From Neophaeotheca triangularis (Eukaryota): 64,000 bases of DNA. Positions 25,121 to 37,979 of this stretch are shown one piece after another. The notes under the pieces are model-generated. The model was not told where the DNA came from. It worked only from the letters and a program-made list of their open reading frames with translations, and did not search any database. The stretch is taken from positions 248,001 through 312,000 of the forward strand of contig BAAIJX010000005.1 in the NCBI GenBank assembly GCA_054600435.1. The letters are read 5' to 3'. Every line of letters begins with the position of its first letter. The stretch's first letter is position 1. The position numbers and the translations under genes were made by a program.

Positions 25121-26560
25121 TATTGCAGATGCGGATCCCGTGGGCGATGTTTGGCTGCAGGGCTGATGGGAAGTTGGCTGCAGGACTGAAGTTTCTTGGA
25201 TGTGAGATTGCCAAGCGAGGGTGTTCGCTGCTGCGTGTAGGTGCTAACAATGCTGCTATGCTCGAGGTGCATGTAGAGATCTACGTGCGACAGACTTGCA
25301 CGAGCAGCGAGAAGTGGAAGAGGTGGTGGAGGTGGTTGGTGGTGCTGCATACCCGATGCCGCAAGCTGCATGCATTTTGCGCCAAGACCCAGGACTCGGG
25401 TCCTGCCTGACGTGGCCGTAACACTTTTGCTCACCTTTTAGCATTGATTACTGTTCGTGACTTGGACTAATAACTCGATACCCAGATTCATAGTACAGTT
25501 AATGATTTACCAGATTGCCACGAGGACTTGTGTCTCCTCCAAGAAGGACGGGTGTGGCGCGGGACCGGGAGGCTACATGATAACTAATACCTACATCTGC
25601 CTACCTTAGCTGGACGAGAAGCGGTCATGATGGTGCGACAAGCATTTCTCGGGAAGATGCATCGACTCCGCATCGCTTGCCCTTGGACTGCCTTGTTCTC
25701 GGAAAAACGCAAAGACTAACTTTCGGGCGAGTGCTACTAGTCTCAGCGCGCATGAACGAAAATACATACGCACCAAGAGTGGACCTGTCTCCACGGCCGA
25801 ACACCTCGAGAACCTGCGCGCCTCTCGTAACAAAGCCAGGACAGATCCCGAACTCTTGGCCGAGAGTACTCGTCTAGTGGTGGTCAATGGCGACAATGTT
25901 ATATATAATGATATTGATCCTACTTCCCACGAGCGCACTGTGCAACAGGACGACAACAACAACAACAACGTGCTCGGCTACTCAACGACTTGTTGAACAA
26001 AACATGGCACCCCCGTCCCGCGGCGGTGCTTGTGCCGGGATCGCGCAGGTTGCGCGGTCAGATCTCACTACTACTACTACCGGTATACTAACTAAAACAC
26101 TTGAGTACGTACTCATTTATTGCTGCCCGTGGCTGGTAGCTTATATTGTTATTGAAAGCACCAGCACGGCGCTGAGGGGGCAGGGCCCGGCAAAGCCCCA
26201 ACCATGATCCATGTGATGGCGTAGGTATGTACCTAAGCTGTGAAATTTCCATTTTTGCTTGCATCTTAGCGGCGAGCGCCTCCCCGGCCATCCCATTGGT
26301 CTGGTGAGCTAGCAACTTTGATATGCTCGACGAAACCTTGATGGTCCACGCGCGTCCTAGTGGATACAATGGGATCGAGATGTTTGGGTGATGCGGGGAG
26401 GGGGGAATGCTATGGAGGTCAGCAAAGAAGGAAGTTGCAACGACCGTAACTATGTACTCGTGCAGTACATGACAATACGATTACTTTTGCTCAAACACTC
26501 GTGGACGGTATTGTATGGTAGCAGTAGTAGCGGTAGTGTGGGTCGTCGAGTCCTTGTAAG

Positions 26561-26591
26561 ATTATTGTTATTATTATTGTTATTAATATTA
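26561..26591. repeat. Imperfect (TTA/TTG)n microsatellite
   Basis: attattgttattattattgttattaatatta read directly. Confidence 0.8.
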
Positions 26592-27659
26592 CTGTTCGGG
26601 AGCGCGCCTCGCGGAGCTTTTAGAATTTGTTGCTGTTCGGGGCGCGGCAGGGGCCGCCAACGGTACATGAATTTAACTACTTTTAGCCAGGCTTGCCTGT
26701 GCTCTAGAACGCCACACAAAGTCCAACACGCAAAGCCCGTGGGTGGTAGGGTAGTACTCTTTGGGCTGGTGGGTGGGATTGGAACCTGGGCGTGCCTGCG
26801 AAAGTCACCGGGCGGGCAGGCAGCGGGTGCGCAATTAACTTATTCGTGCGTGCAGCCGTGACCAGCGGCGGGAAAGCAGGGAGGTTGACAGTATTGGACT
26901 AGCAGGACGAGGTGATGAGAGACGTTCGTATTCCACCCGGGCACCTGCACCCACCCTCAGGTCGGCCTCCAGTCTCCTCCAGTCTCCTCCCCTGAGACAG
27001 AGGAATCTCCGAGTTGCCGCCCAGATTATTTTGTTTCCGCATACCTCTGGCAACAGCCCAGCTACCTACCTATACCAGCATCATCATTCCGTATTGGCAA
27101 CGTTCGCTGCACCTCCCTACCTACTCCTCACATACCTTACTTACTACCACCACCGACACCGCCTCTACCACCGCCAGCTACCCTCCTCTCCACCTCCCCC
27201 TCGCCTGTCTCGCTGTCGACTGGGGCCATCACACTGTCCTATCACCAAGATACATACCAAGTACCCACGACTGGCCGCCGCATCTAACCCCGAGGCCTCA
27301 CCGTCCTGCTGTACGTTCCAAACCCACAGGCAACACGGCCCAACCCCTGTAGAATGTAGCCATTCTCCCCTCGCTGGCCTTCCTCGAGGTCACTTCCTCT
27401 ACATCCTGACCGTTGACATTCCTACATAATCGCACGCTCGTAGATGCTAACATGTGCCTCTTACGCAAGCAGACGTACCGTACACCACGCTCGTTACCTC
27501 CCGAAACCCTCAACGCCATCGGGCTATCGACAAAATTGTACAATAATAACAACATCTTACACACTTGCTCCTCGAGGAATTCGACACTACATGATTTAGC
27601 ACTGACGCTACCATACATCCAATCAAATTGCATATACTCGCCTACCCTCAGCCTCACCA

Positions 27660-30600
27660 ATGCCGAAGAACCCCCTCAGGAACCTTGGACGTCGTCGATC
27701 TTCGGGCAACGCCTTGGACATTCAACCCGAAAGTCCGTCGCAGACTGGAGAGTCGTCGTTTAGAGTGTTGGAGAGACCGCAAAAGACAAATTCATATTAT
27801 GGAGGAGATGGGCATCAAGGGACGTTGAGCCAGGGGCGGCCATCACCTGGCTTCAGAGGTAGTTCTGTGGACAATCTTGCTGCGGGACTGACCAACAGGT
27901 TGGTTTCAGGACAAGGTTCCAGCGAAAGCTCACCAGTGCTGAAGCAATACAGGGGAAGCGGTGGAACAACCAACTCTGGGTCTAGCGGATATTACGATTC
28001 CTCGTCCGCTTCCGCTCGTTACAGCTCTACATCTACGCTTCCCTCCTCTCTAGACCAGGAGCACGACGAGGAGCTTTTCCCACGCAAACCAGCCGCAGCG
28101 TCAATGCAGCACAACTCGAACGCATCCGTCGAGGACGCGCCTTTACCACCTCCTCCCTCATTCTCCTCTCGAGCTAGCCGAGCCTTCTCATTCGGTCTGA
28201 AGAGCAAAAATGCCCGAGACCTTCTGCACAAGCAATCGGTCAATGCAGACCCCCCGAGCCCGCCGGTTCCACGCACTGTACAAAAGAGTCCCGAGCGGAA
28301 ACCTAGTCCTCAGCGTGAACGAGCCATGACAACCAGTAGCTACGCTTCAACCGCAGTGCCGCCCCAGAAGCTCGACCTTGGGACTTCAGACTTTGGCAAC
28401 GACTTTGGGATCAACATGTTTGAGGAACCCAAGGTCCCGGAGGAGCCCTCGCCTTCGGTGCCCGCTTTGGGCTTCCACAGAACGGTAGGACTCGAGATCT
28501 CTGGACAATTTTAGCAAGTCATGCTAACGCGTAATAGGAGTCTGAACCAATGTTCCCACCCAGGTCCTACTCACGGCAGATGAATACTCCTTCGCCTCTT
28601 CTTTTGAACAAAACCAGCAAAGCTGATCAAGGCTCTCCTTACACGCAGGACAAGCGTAACTCGCGCGATGGTTTGTTGGGTGGCTCATCCGCACTCAACT
28701 CACCGAATACACCAAACACTCCGAATACTTTCGATGAAGCGCCGCCTCACCCGAAACATGCAAGTGGCGGCGTGTCTACATTCCTCGGTGGTTCCAAGCC
28801 CGGCTACTCCTTGGTTCCTGGACCATCCACGTCGCCAGATGCGCCGGAAAGGTTATCCGAGGATAGTCAATCTGGTCTCATGACAGAAGAAGAGCCCGCC
28901 TACACAAACAGACAGCAACACCTGGACGATGGCGACAGGTGGGTCAAGCGGGTAGAACTTCACGATCCGCAAGAGCCTCACGGCGGAAATCTTTCAGCGA
29001 AAGCTGCGGGCAAACAGCCTGTGACTAGTAATTTGGAGCAAAGGCCACAGGCACAAGCTGAAGCAGGGCCGTCGAGGGCGGGCGCAAGCAGCCCTGGAGC
29101 CTCGGAGGCGGAAAGTGAGCTCTTTGGTACAGAACACTCTACACCAAAGGCGAACACGCTGCAACCGCAGTCCACTAATAACCAGCAAGGCTCTGAAACA
29201 TCGCCTTCAGGACCCCCGAGCCGCGCCATCAGGCCTGTGTGGCACCTCCGAACAGATAGCGGCACGCCAAAAAGGATGACAAAAGCGCGGTTCGACTCGC
29301 TCAGGCGAAAGAAGCAACCAGAGGAGAAACAAGAGGAGGGAGGCCCTGAGGATGATCTGGATGAAGACGATGATGACGAGGAGCGGGCCAGGAAGATAGC
29401 GGCCCAAAGGAGGCGACAGGAAGCGACTATGTCAGTTTACCGTCAACAGATGAAGAAGATGACGGGAGGACAACCTGCAGAACTGCCGCCTACACGGCCA
29501 GGGCTCGAACGGCAGTCCAACAGTGCGCCGCTTGCCGGCAGCATGTCTTCTTTGCATCTTGGCGGTATCGGGCAGGAGCCTCAGATGAATGGCTTCAGGT
29601 CGAAACACTCGGACGATGAGGACGACGAGGTGCCGTTGGGGATATTGCAGGCGCACGGATTTCCTAATGGTCACAAGCCTCCGATGAGAGCAGACGGCGC
29701 AGGTGGTCCACCCAGTGTGGCCCCATCTGTAGCAGGAGGCGCCGGAGGACCATTGCCAGCTTTTGCTAGGAGGCTGCCACCGGACCCGTATTACGGAGCG
29801 GGGCTCGTAAACCAGTCTAACCGTGAGAGCCTGGCAATGAACGGGTCCGGTTCCCAATATGGTGGTGCTTCTGCGCCACCACCTGGACTCAACAAGGGGC
29901 ACCCAGGTGGTCTCGTAGGCGTTATTGCGGGCGAAGAGCGTGCTAAAGCCGCGAGGAGAGCAACGCCTTCTGGCTCGTACAGCCACCAGCCGCTGCCGAG
30001 TAACATGCCGCAGCAGATGCCCCCGATGCCCCGGACCATGTCGATGGGTAATGTGCAACCCCAGGCATACTCACCGAGCGGTATGCCGCCAATGCCTGGC
30101 ATGCCTGGGATGCCTATGCAATTCAACCCCCAGGACCAAACTCAGCAACAGATTCAGCAATTGATGCAAATGCAAATGCAATTCATGCAGAACATGATGG
30201 CCATGCAGAACGGGCAGATGCCACAAATGCAAGGCCAAATGCCAGGAATGCCTAACTTTCCGGGAGGCCCCCAGCAACAACCAGGCAGCAGACCCATGTC
30301 GTTCGCTCCCTCGCAAGCGCCCAATCAAGGCCGCGCAATGACCATGATGGGCCCACCTTCTACCTGGGGCGGCAACAGCATGCAGCAACGACCCGCGAGC
30401 GCCATGCCGGGCGGTTACGCGGCTTCGGGATTCAACATGCCAGTCGGCGGTGGGCCAGGTGCAGGCTACACACCCTCGATCGCGCCGAGTGAGCGAAGCA
30501 ACGTCGGCATGCCATCGCGCTACAGGCCTGTTGCCACGAACGGGAACGGGGACGACGCCGCTGCTCGCTCGCAGAGCATGACATCTTCCATGACGCTACA

Positions 30601-30850
30601 GGCACTCCACGGAAACGGCACCACTTCCGAACCACAGCTGCAAGAACAGGCGTCTCGGAACACCATTCGTATGGTTGACAAGCCGAAGGGGATGCCCAAA
30701 GTCGCCGTGAGCCAGACGCCAGATGATGAGCAAGAGGAAGACGGCGGGTGGGCGGACCTGAAGAAGAAGCGCGAGGGAAGGAAGTTCAAGTGGGGCAGGA
30801 GAGACAAGGACAGGGGGGAGCTGGGAGAGCTCTACAGCGGACTGGATTAA
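27660..30850 (+). CDS. Large low-complexity (Ser/Pro/Gly/Gln/Met-rich) fungal hypothetical protein (intron 28485-28538; probable in-frame intron 27899-27952)
   Basis: Two long ORFs joined by GTAGGA..GCTAAC..TAG. Ordered-looking blocks QRRRQEATMSVYRQQMKKMTG, DEVPLGILQAHGFP, GGLVGVIAGEERAKAARR, YTPSIAPSERSNVGMPSRYRPV. Function not recognised. Confidence 0.8.
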
Positions 30851-31722
30851 AAATACGGAATGAAATGAGTGTTGTAATGGCACGCTGGTGTCGGTGTAAG
30901 AGCTAGGATGACGCGAGGGGAGCGAGGGATTGCCATATATTTGCATTGCGAAGGATCTATAAATCGAAGTGAGAAAGACATGCATTTGGCGTTTGTGACC
31001 CACCCCATTGGGTAAGGGAAGTGCGGGATGGGCTACTCCTGTATGAGCCGTTGAGGTTGGGCTAATTCACTTCTTGTCGCTTCTTCTATTAGCTTCTTGC
31101 ATGCAATTGCCGCAAGCTTTCCGTAGTCTTGTCGCCAGGTACTGCTCGATACGGAGAAAGCGATGTTTTTGAAGACCCAGAGACAGCAATCTCACACAGG
31201 TTCAGTATCTGTCGAGAAACGATGCATGGACGCAGAGGTCGTTCGCTCTTAGCAACATTTCAGATTGCAGTTCTGCTGCATTTCGCGGATTGTGATACAG
31301 CCGTGAGACAAAGAGCATACCGCCTGGGAGCGATTATCTGGTTGTCTGATTACGGTTGCCGGTAACATGCTGTGCTTTGCTAGGGTGATTGGGTGAGGGT
31401 AGAAGTCAGGAGAAAAGGAATGCCTAAGGCAGGATTTGTCATGCTGGCTCAACATGCGTCTTCGTCATTGCAGCTCTCTAGCGCACGGTCGTTTGGAGAA
31501 CTCCACATAGGTCATAACTACATTATTTGTTAGGCTTCCGCGACAAGCCATTGACTTCTCCCACAACATAACACTCTAACCTTCAGTTATTGACTTAACA
31601 CCACCCACTACACGCCACCGTGTTCACTCATCTAAACGACACCACGACGCTTTCGCTATTAATCCTGCCCCAGACCGACTGCTCTAGTACACAACTTATT
31701 CGTTACACATCTCCAAAAGACC

Positions 31723-34227
31723 ATGGATACTGCGGCAACTCCTACCGGCACAAACGGAGCTTCGGGACGTGGAGGTCGAGGAGGAGGTCGTGGCAGGGGC
31801 AAGGGAGGTGCACCAGGCAACAACACATCCGCTATGTCTGCTGGCGGGGATAGGGTCGGCACGGACTCCGGTGGGGATGGCAGAGGGCGGGGTAGAGGAC
31901 GCGGCAGAGGAAGAGGGGGTCGCGGCGGTGGTGGAGGAAGGGGCAATACAGCGGAAAACGCGGGGGTACAGGGCATGTCGCAAGGAGCGTCGACGGCGCA
32001 ACCACCACCAATGCCAGGAGGGAACGGCGTCTTTGGTGCTCGCCTGACCAAAGACGCCGAGAAGAGTGAGCAAGGCGAGAACGGAGGAGAGGGAGCGGGT
32101 GAGGATGTGGAGGCTGAGGTCTGCTTCATCTGCGCCTCGCCCGTTGCGCATAACAGCGTGGCTCCCTGCAATCACCGCACCTGCCACATTTGCTCTCTAC
32201 GCCTAAGGGCGCTCTACAAAACCAAGGCGTGCGCACACTGCAGGGCTGAGTCCTTGAACGTGCTCTTCACCGACGATGCTGAGAAGCGATACGAGGACTT
32301 TGACACCAAGAGCTTCTTCATGGTCGAGCAGAGCTTGGGTATTGCGTATGAGAAAGAGGAGATTTACCAAGACACTGTACTTCTATTACGTTACAACTGC
32401 CCGGACGAGAGCTGCGATACCGCTTGTATGGGCTGGCCGGACCTGCATCGTCACGTAAGGTCTGTGCACCAAAAGCGAATGTGCGATCTCTGCACGAGGA
32501 ACAAGAAGGTCTTCACGCATGAGCACGAATTGTTCACCCCCGAGGAGTTGAAGAAGCATGAGAAATACGGTGACGATAGCCCGGGCGCAATCGATCAGAG
32601 CGGCTTCAAGGGCCACCCGGAATGCGGCTTTTGCAGGCAGAGATTCTACGGTGATGACGAGCTTTACGCCCATTGCCGTGACAGACATGAACGTTGCCAT
32701 CTGTGCGACAGACAGAGCGGCGGAAACAACCCACAGTACTATCTGAACTACGACGCTCTCGAACAGCATTTCAACAGGGACCACTTCCCGTGCATGGACC
32801 GCGAGTGTCAGGAGAAGAAGTTTGTGGTGTTCGAATCCAACATGGATCTCAAAGCTCACCAAATTTCCGCGCATCCGAACGGAGTGACCAAAGACAACAG
32901 ACGAGTAGATATGTCCGGATTCGATTACCGACCAGCTTACCAGGAGAACCAGGGACGTCGTGGTGGGAGGAGAGGCGGAAGGGGTAGGGACCCTAACGCC
33001 GAACCTCTGCCAGCTTCGTCATCTGGCGGCCACATGACCCGTGCAGAGATTGCTCATCAGCGTGCCATGGCTATTCAGAGCGCGCAGTCAGTCTCTACAC
33101 GAACTTTCGGAGGCCAGCTATCGCAGCCGGAACCTCAAGCGCAAACAGTACGACGTCCACAGCAGGCTCCACGTAGCCAGAGCTCTCAGCCGGATAACGT
33201 CCCAGCACCGCCAGTGCAACCAGCGCCAGCATCTACCGGTCCTGCTGAGGCGCTCACCCCACAAGAGCAAGCTCGCCGTTTGCGTCATGCAGCCGTGACC
33301 GAGCGCGCTGCGAATCTGTTGGGCAACGAGCAAGCAAAGATGACCGAGTTCCGCGAGCGCATCTCCGCTTACCGGCTCGGCACTATCCCAGCCCCTAAGC
33401 TCATCGACGCCTTTTTCAGTCTGTTCGATACATCTTCAGCTGAGTTGGGTAAGCTGGTCAAGGAGCTCGCGGAGATATTCGAAATACCATCGAAGAAGGA
33501 CAACCTGCTCAAAGCCTGGAATGACTGGAAAGCCATCAATGAAGACTATCCTAGCCTGCCAGGCTCCAGTGGCGGACCAGCACCTACCACCGCAGCCGGT
33601 GTGCTAGGACAAGGCGTGGGCTCTAGCAGAGTCCTGAAGCTGAAATCCAGCACCGCGCAAAGCAGCCGTTCAGCAGCCAACCGTCAGGGCTCCTGGGGCA
33701 CCTCAGCATCAAACGCCGCACCCCGTACACAGCCACCCGCCGCCATATCGAGCAGTCGCAACGGCAACTCCTCCGCTTTTCCCTCTCTGCCCGGCAGCAG
33801 CAACAACAGCACCCGCAACAGCGGCGCTTCCACCCCCTCGAACCCAAGCTGGCTCGCCATCCGCCCCGCCGCCAACAATTCCAACCCCAGCACCAGCGGA
33901 GCCTCGAACACTCCCTCCTCCCGCCCCTCCCCTATGCCCAGCCGCGCAAACTCCTCCATGGCAGCGCCACCCCGCCGCGATGCTTTCCCCGCCCTGCCTC
34001 CGGGCAAGAAACCGACTTCCACAGTCTTCAGCCCCGGCTACAGCGGTGCCGGCGTTCTCAGAGCGAACCGCTCCGGCACTGGGACGCCTTCGAGTGCCTG
34101 GGGAGCTGGGGGTAGTGCGAGCCAGACTCCTGCTGCTACGCCGCCTGCGGTTGATGAGACGGGGCAACAGAATGCAGGGGGGAAGAAGAAGGGGAAGAAG
34201 GGACAGGTCTTGTTTCAGTGGGGATAA
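31723..34227 (+). CDS. HEL2: Ribosome-collision E3 ubiquitin ligase Hel2/ZNF598
   Basis: RING CFICA..PCNHRTCHICSLRLRALYKTKACAHC, C2H2 fingers, GFKGHPECGFCRQRFYGDDELYAHCRDRHERCHLC. RGG-rich N-terminus and KKGKKGQVLFQWG tail. Confidence 0.93.
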   Translation: MDTAATPTGTNGASGRGGRGGGRGRGKGGAPGNNTSAMSAGGDRVGTDSGGDGRGRGRGRGRGRGGRGGGGGRGNTAENAGVQGMSQGASTAQPPPMPGGNGVFGARLTKDAEKSEQGENGGEGAGEDVEAEVCFICASPVAHNSVAPCNHRTCHICSLRLRALYKTKACAHCRAESLNVLFTDDAEKRYEDFDTKSFFMVEQSLGIAYEKEEIYQDTVLLLRYNCPDESCDTACMGWPDLHRHVRSVHQKRMCDLCTRNKKVFTHEHELFTPEELKKHEKYGDDSPGAIDQSGFKGHPECGFCRQRFYGDDELYAHCRDRHERCHLCDRQSGGNNPQYYLNYDALEQHFNRDHFPCMDRECQEKKFVVFESNMDLKAHQISAHPNGVTKDNRRVDMSGFDYRPAYQENQGRRGGRRGGRGRDPNAEPLPASSSGGHMTRAEIAHQRAMAIQSAQSVSTRTFGGQLSQPEPQAQTVRRPQQAPRSQSSQPDNVPAPPVQPAPASTGPAEALTPQEQARRLRHAAVTERAANLLGNEQAKMTEFRERISAYRLGTIPAPKLIDAFFSLFDTSSAELGKLVKELAEIFEIPSKKDNLLKAWNDWKAINEDYPSLPGSSGGPAPTTAAGVLGQGVGSSRVLKLKSSTAQSSRSAANRQGSWGTSASNAAPRTQPPAAISSSRNGNSSAFPSLPGSSNNSTRNSGASTPSNPSWLAIRPAANNSNPSTSGASNTPSSRPSPMPSRANSSMAAPPRRDAFPALPPGKKPTSTVFSPGYSGAGVLRANRSGTGTPSSAWGAGGSASQTPAATPPAVDETGQQNAGGKKKGKKGQVLFQWG

Positions 34228-34529
34228 AACCGTCGCGGAAATTTGAGCATAATATGGAGCTGAAAGGTGCACGGTGGGAGGGAATGGCTGTATACATAAG
34301 ACGCAGATACCAGGGTCGTGGATAGCTAGCAAAAGTTTTGAGGAGCTCGACATTACTATTGTCGGCACTCGGGACTAGCCAGAGATTCGTATGAAACCAT
34401 CTTTTCGATTCAAGGTGCGCAAATCGACATTATCAAAAACCCCCAACCAAGCCCTTTTCGCTCGTGAAGCTCCTCTGTCTAGCGCCGCAGAACGCCACGC
34501 GCTGGGTATGAAAGCTGATCAACACCACC

Positions 34530-37094
34530 TTACTCCTCGTCCATGTCCTCATCATCCTCACCCGTCTCAATGAAAACCAACCTCGTCCCTTCGGCAGAAG
34601 TTTGCCAAATCTAATTCGCAAAGTCAGTAAAAAGCTCTCTCAATACGTGTCACAAGAATCGAACAACTCACATCCAACTCGGCATACTCGTCCAAACAAG
34701 CCTCCATCTGCTGCGTCGTGAAGCCCTTGGCCAGCACTCTCTCCCTGACGCGGCGCAAATCCAACTCTCCCCTCCCCTCACCCGTGGCCGCCGCCCCGCT
34801 CTCCCGCATCCCGCGGATCAGGTTGAAGATGCGCGTGCTCGGCGACATGTCCCCGCGCCGGTCGCGGTTGTCGTCGTACAAGCTGGCTTTGCTGACTTCG
34901 ACCAAGCGCAACGCCTCGTCGACGTCTTCGGTGATGACCTCGTCGGCGAAACGCAGCCGCGCCAGCGCTTGCGACATGCGCAAAATGCCCAGCAGAGTCC
35001 GAGGGGACGTGTAGGTGAAGGTCTTGTTGCCGGCCTCGTCGCGTTTTTGCTGCTGGCGTAGGCGTACGTAGGCGCCGACGAGGTAATCGGAGATGGACTT
35101 GGGGACGACGGGGCGGAAGGAGCGGGCGCGCGCGACCCACTGTCGGACTTCGGCGGGGGAGAAGAGGAGGCCGCCGTCTTGGGGTTCGGGGTGTTTTTCG
35201 TGAATGTGGACGTGGGTTACGTGGCGGGCGAGCTCTTCGTCGCCGTCGCGGTTCGGGGTGTCGAGGATGAGGAAGAGGATGTCGAAACGGGAAAGCAGGG
35301 CGGCGGGAAGGTTGATGTTCTCCACGGGGGAGATGCGCGGGTTGTAGCGGCCGTATAGCGGGTTAGCGGCCGCGAGAATGGCGGTGCGCGCGTTGAGAGT
35401 TGTAGTGATGCCGGCTTTGGAGATGGAAATTGTTTGTTGTTCCATGACTTCGTGGATGGCGGTCCGGTCGCTGTCGTCCATCTTGTCGAATTCGTCGATG
35501 CAGCAGGTGCCGTTGTCCGCGAGCACGAGGGCTCCACCTTCGAGCACCATTTCGTCCGTTACCGGGTCGCGCATCACTGCTGCTGTCAAACCCACACCGC
35601 TGCTACCACGACCAGTGGTGTAGACGCCTCGAGGGGCGACTTTGGTGATGTATTTGAGAAGTTGCGATTTGGCAACACCAGGGTCACCCATTAGACACAC
35701 GTTGATGTCGCCTCGAATGCGCATGCCGTCGCCCATTTCTTTGGTAACACCACCAATCAACTGCAGAAGTAGCGCTTTCTTGACGTCGAGATGGCCGAAA
35801 ATTTCCGGCGCGATGGAGCGACTGAGGTATTCGTAAAGCTGACCCGACTGCTCGAGATCCTCCATTCTCCTGAGCGTAGTTGGCGCGAGTACCATGTTCT
35901 CGTACGCTTTCTTGTGCTGGTGCACATATTGCGCCTCCAAGTAGGTGTCCGTCAGAAGACCTGCTTTGATGGCCTGGAAACCAGTGTACGGTGTCGGTAA
36001 GAAGATGCCAGCAATATCCACCACATCTCCCGGGTTGATTTGTCTCGCGAGAGCACCGAAGCAATGCACGGTCAACTGACGCGGTATGTGACCAACAGGT
36101 ACCTGATCTGCCATCTCCTGAATCTTTACCTCCTGGAATGGCAGGTACTTGGATGCTCTGCTTGAAAGGAACAGCTGTCCTTTTGCATTGTTCTTCTCGC
36201 AGTCTTCTGATGTGCATTCCGTCAAGGGGGTGAACTGCTTGGTAGTCACGGGCTGGAAAATCTCATGGCCACATCGATCGCAAGTGTACGCGTTGACCTG
36301 CACCGAAGGCTTCACGTCGGAAACTCTGGTCGAGATGCCGCGGACAGTGATCAATTGACCTAGATGCTCCCCGCGCACATTCCGCACGGCCATCGCCTTT
36401 GAGCCTCCCTTTTCGCTGCTCGCCCCAGAAGGTGTCTTCGGCTTGAAGTTCAGGGTATAGCGTCTAGTGAGAGCGGCGGGGAACATTGAGTACGGATGGT
36501 CGCCCTCCGGGATCCCCCCATCCATGGCTTGCTGAACATTATCGTTGAGTTTCGCGCGCGAATTCATGAGAATATCCAATACGTCATCCTTGAAAGTCGT
36601 CTCCTTGGTTGAAGGCGGCATCACTGCATCGCAAGCTCGTGACAGAATTTCGATGTAGTGGTACGTGTTCTTCTCGACAGAGCCGACAAGGTTGAGAGAC
36701 ACGTCGTCAGAGTCCAGCGTCCGCTCGTATTCTTGCAAGTCATCCAGATCGACGAGCACTTGCGACTTTGTGCGATCAGAGACGTCCTGCAGCATGTTCA
36801 TGTATTTCGCTTTCGACCTTTTTGTTCTCGTAGATCGTTGCTCTCCATTCGTCTCGCCGTCCGCATCTTCCATGAAATCGTACTCATCGCTCGTGCCGTC
36901 GGCGTCCAGGTTTAAATCTTCCAGGGCGTCTTCGGTCTCGGAGGAAGAAGACTTGAAACTGCGCAAGAAGTCCTCGAAGGCAGCTGTAGTAGCAGTTGTC
37001 AGTACTCTGTCGGTCGGCGCCATCCCTTCCCATAGCTCTGCATACCTTGTTGCTCCGTGTAGTTGACAATGGCCTTTGTTGTTAGGAGCGCCAT
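34530..37094 (-). CDS. MCM7: DNA replication licensing factor Mcm7 (introns ~36985-37045, 34611-34671)
   Basis: Zn finger [71 protein letters not shown]. Spliced start [12 protein letters not shown]. Confidence 0.97.
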
Positions 37095-37138
37095 TGCGCC
37101 GACCTTTGTTTTTGCTACGAGTAGTGAGAGAGGAAAGA

Positions 37139-37307
37139 TTTCGCGGTGTACCTAGATAGTGTCGGAATGCAAGACGACTGAGATTGAGTGAGTGTGTGTG
37201 AGTGTTGGTTGCGGTGGAGGATGTGGAAGTGTTTGTTTAGTCGCAAAGAAGCATGCGTCTCTCTCGCGTCTCTCTCGCGTTCTCTTGTCCGTCGCAATCG
37301 CGAAATG
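37139..37307. promoter_or_regulatory. Cluster of MCB/SCB-like CGCG elements upstream of MCM7
   Basis: Tandem ACGCGA x2 on the minus strand (37261-37281) and CGCGAAA at ~37139-37146 and ~37300-37306. Confidence 0.55.
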
Positions 37308-37979
37308 TCGGGAGCATCCGCAGCTAGCAAGTGCACGCCCACCCAGCGGCATCAAAACTCTTCCAACCTCAGCTGCTCTTCTCCTCTTCTTCTTCTTTTT
37401 CCCTCCTACATTTATGAACAACGCAAACACAACACCTGCCTAAAAGCATTTTCTTTTGAGAGCCCGCCATGTACTACTACGTACGTGGTGCGAGGCTCCA
37501 TGACCAACGAAAACCGTCTGCGCAGCGTGGAGAGCGAATTTCAGAGGATCTTGGGTGCCGTTTGCTTCTTGCTTGTCCAACTGGGCGAGCCGTGAGGTAG
37601 AGGGCAATGATCAGCTGTACATACCCTCCGAAGCATTGTGCTCGCATTAGGAGGTGTTGATTGTAGCCGTGGACTGTCTAACACCTGCCGACGCAACGAT
37701 CAGTGCCTGTCAAAAGTGCTTGCTGCGTGCTGCTTTCAGAGACGGTGGGCAGGCATATATGATACTTCTTCGGGCACCATGGTCGTGTGACCATCGCATA
37801 ATCAATCACCGTAACTTGGTGAACTAGGCTTCTATCTGAGCCGTTCTTATACTGAGTAGGTAGCAGTAGCTAGCCTTCGCTTCACTCACCCGTTCATCGT
37901 CCATTCAGTCTAATCAAAAAAGCAAGTCTCCCAAAAAGGTAAGAGCAAAACAAAATCGCAGTCAACACCGCCTCCCCTC

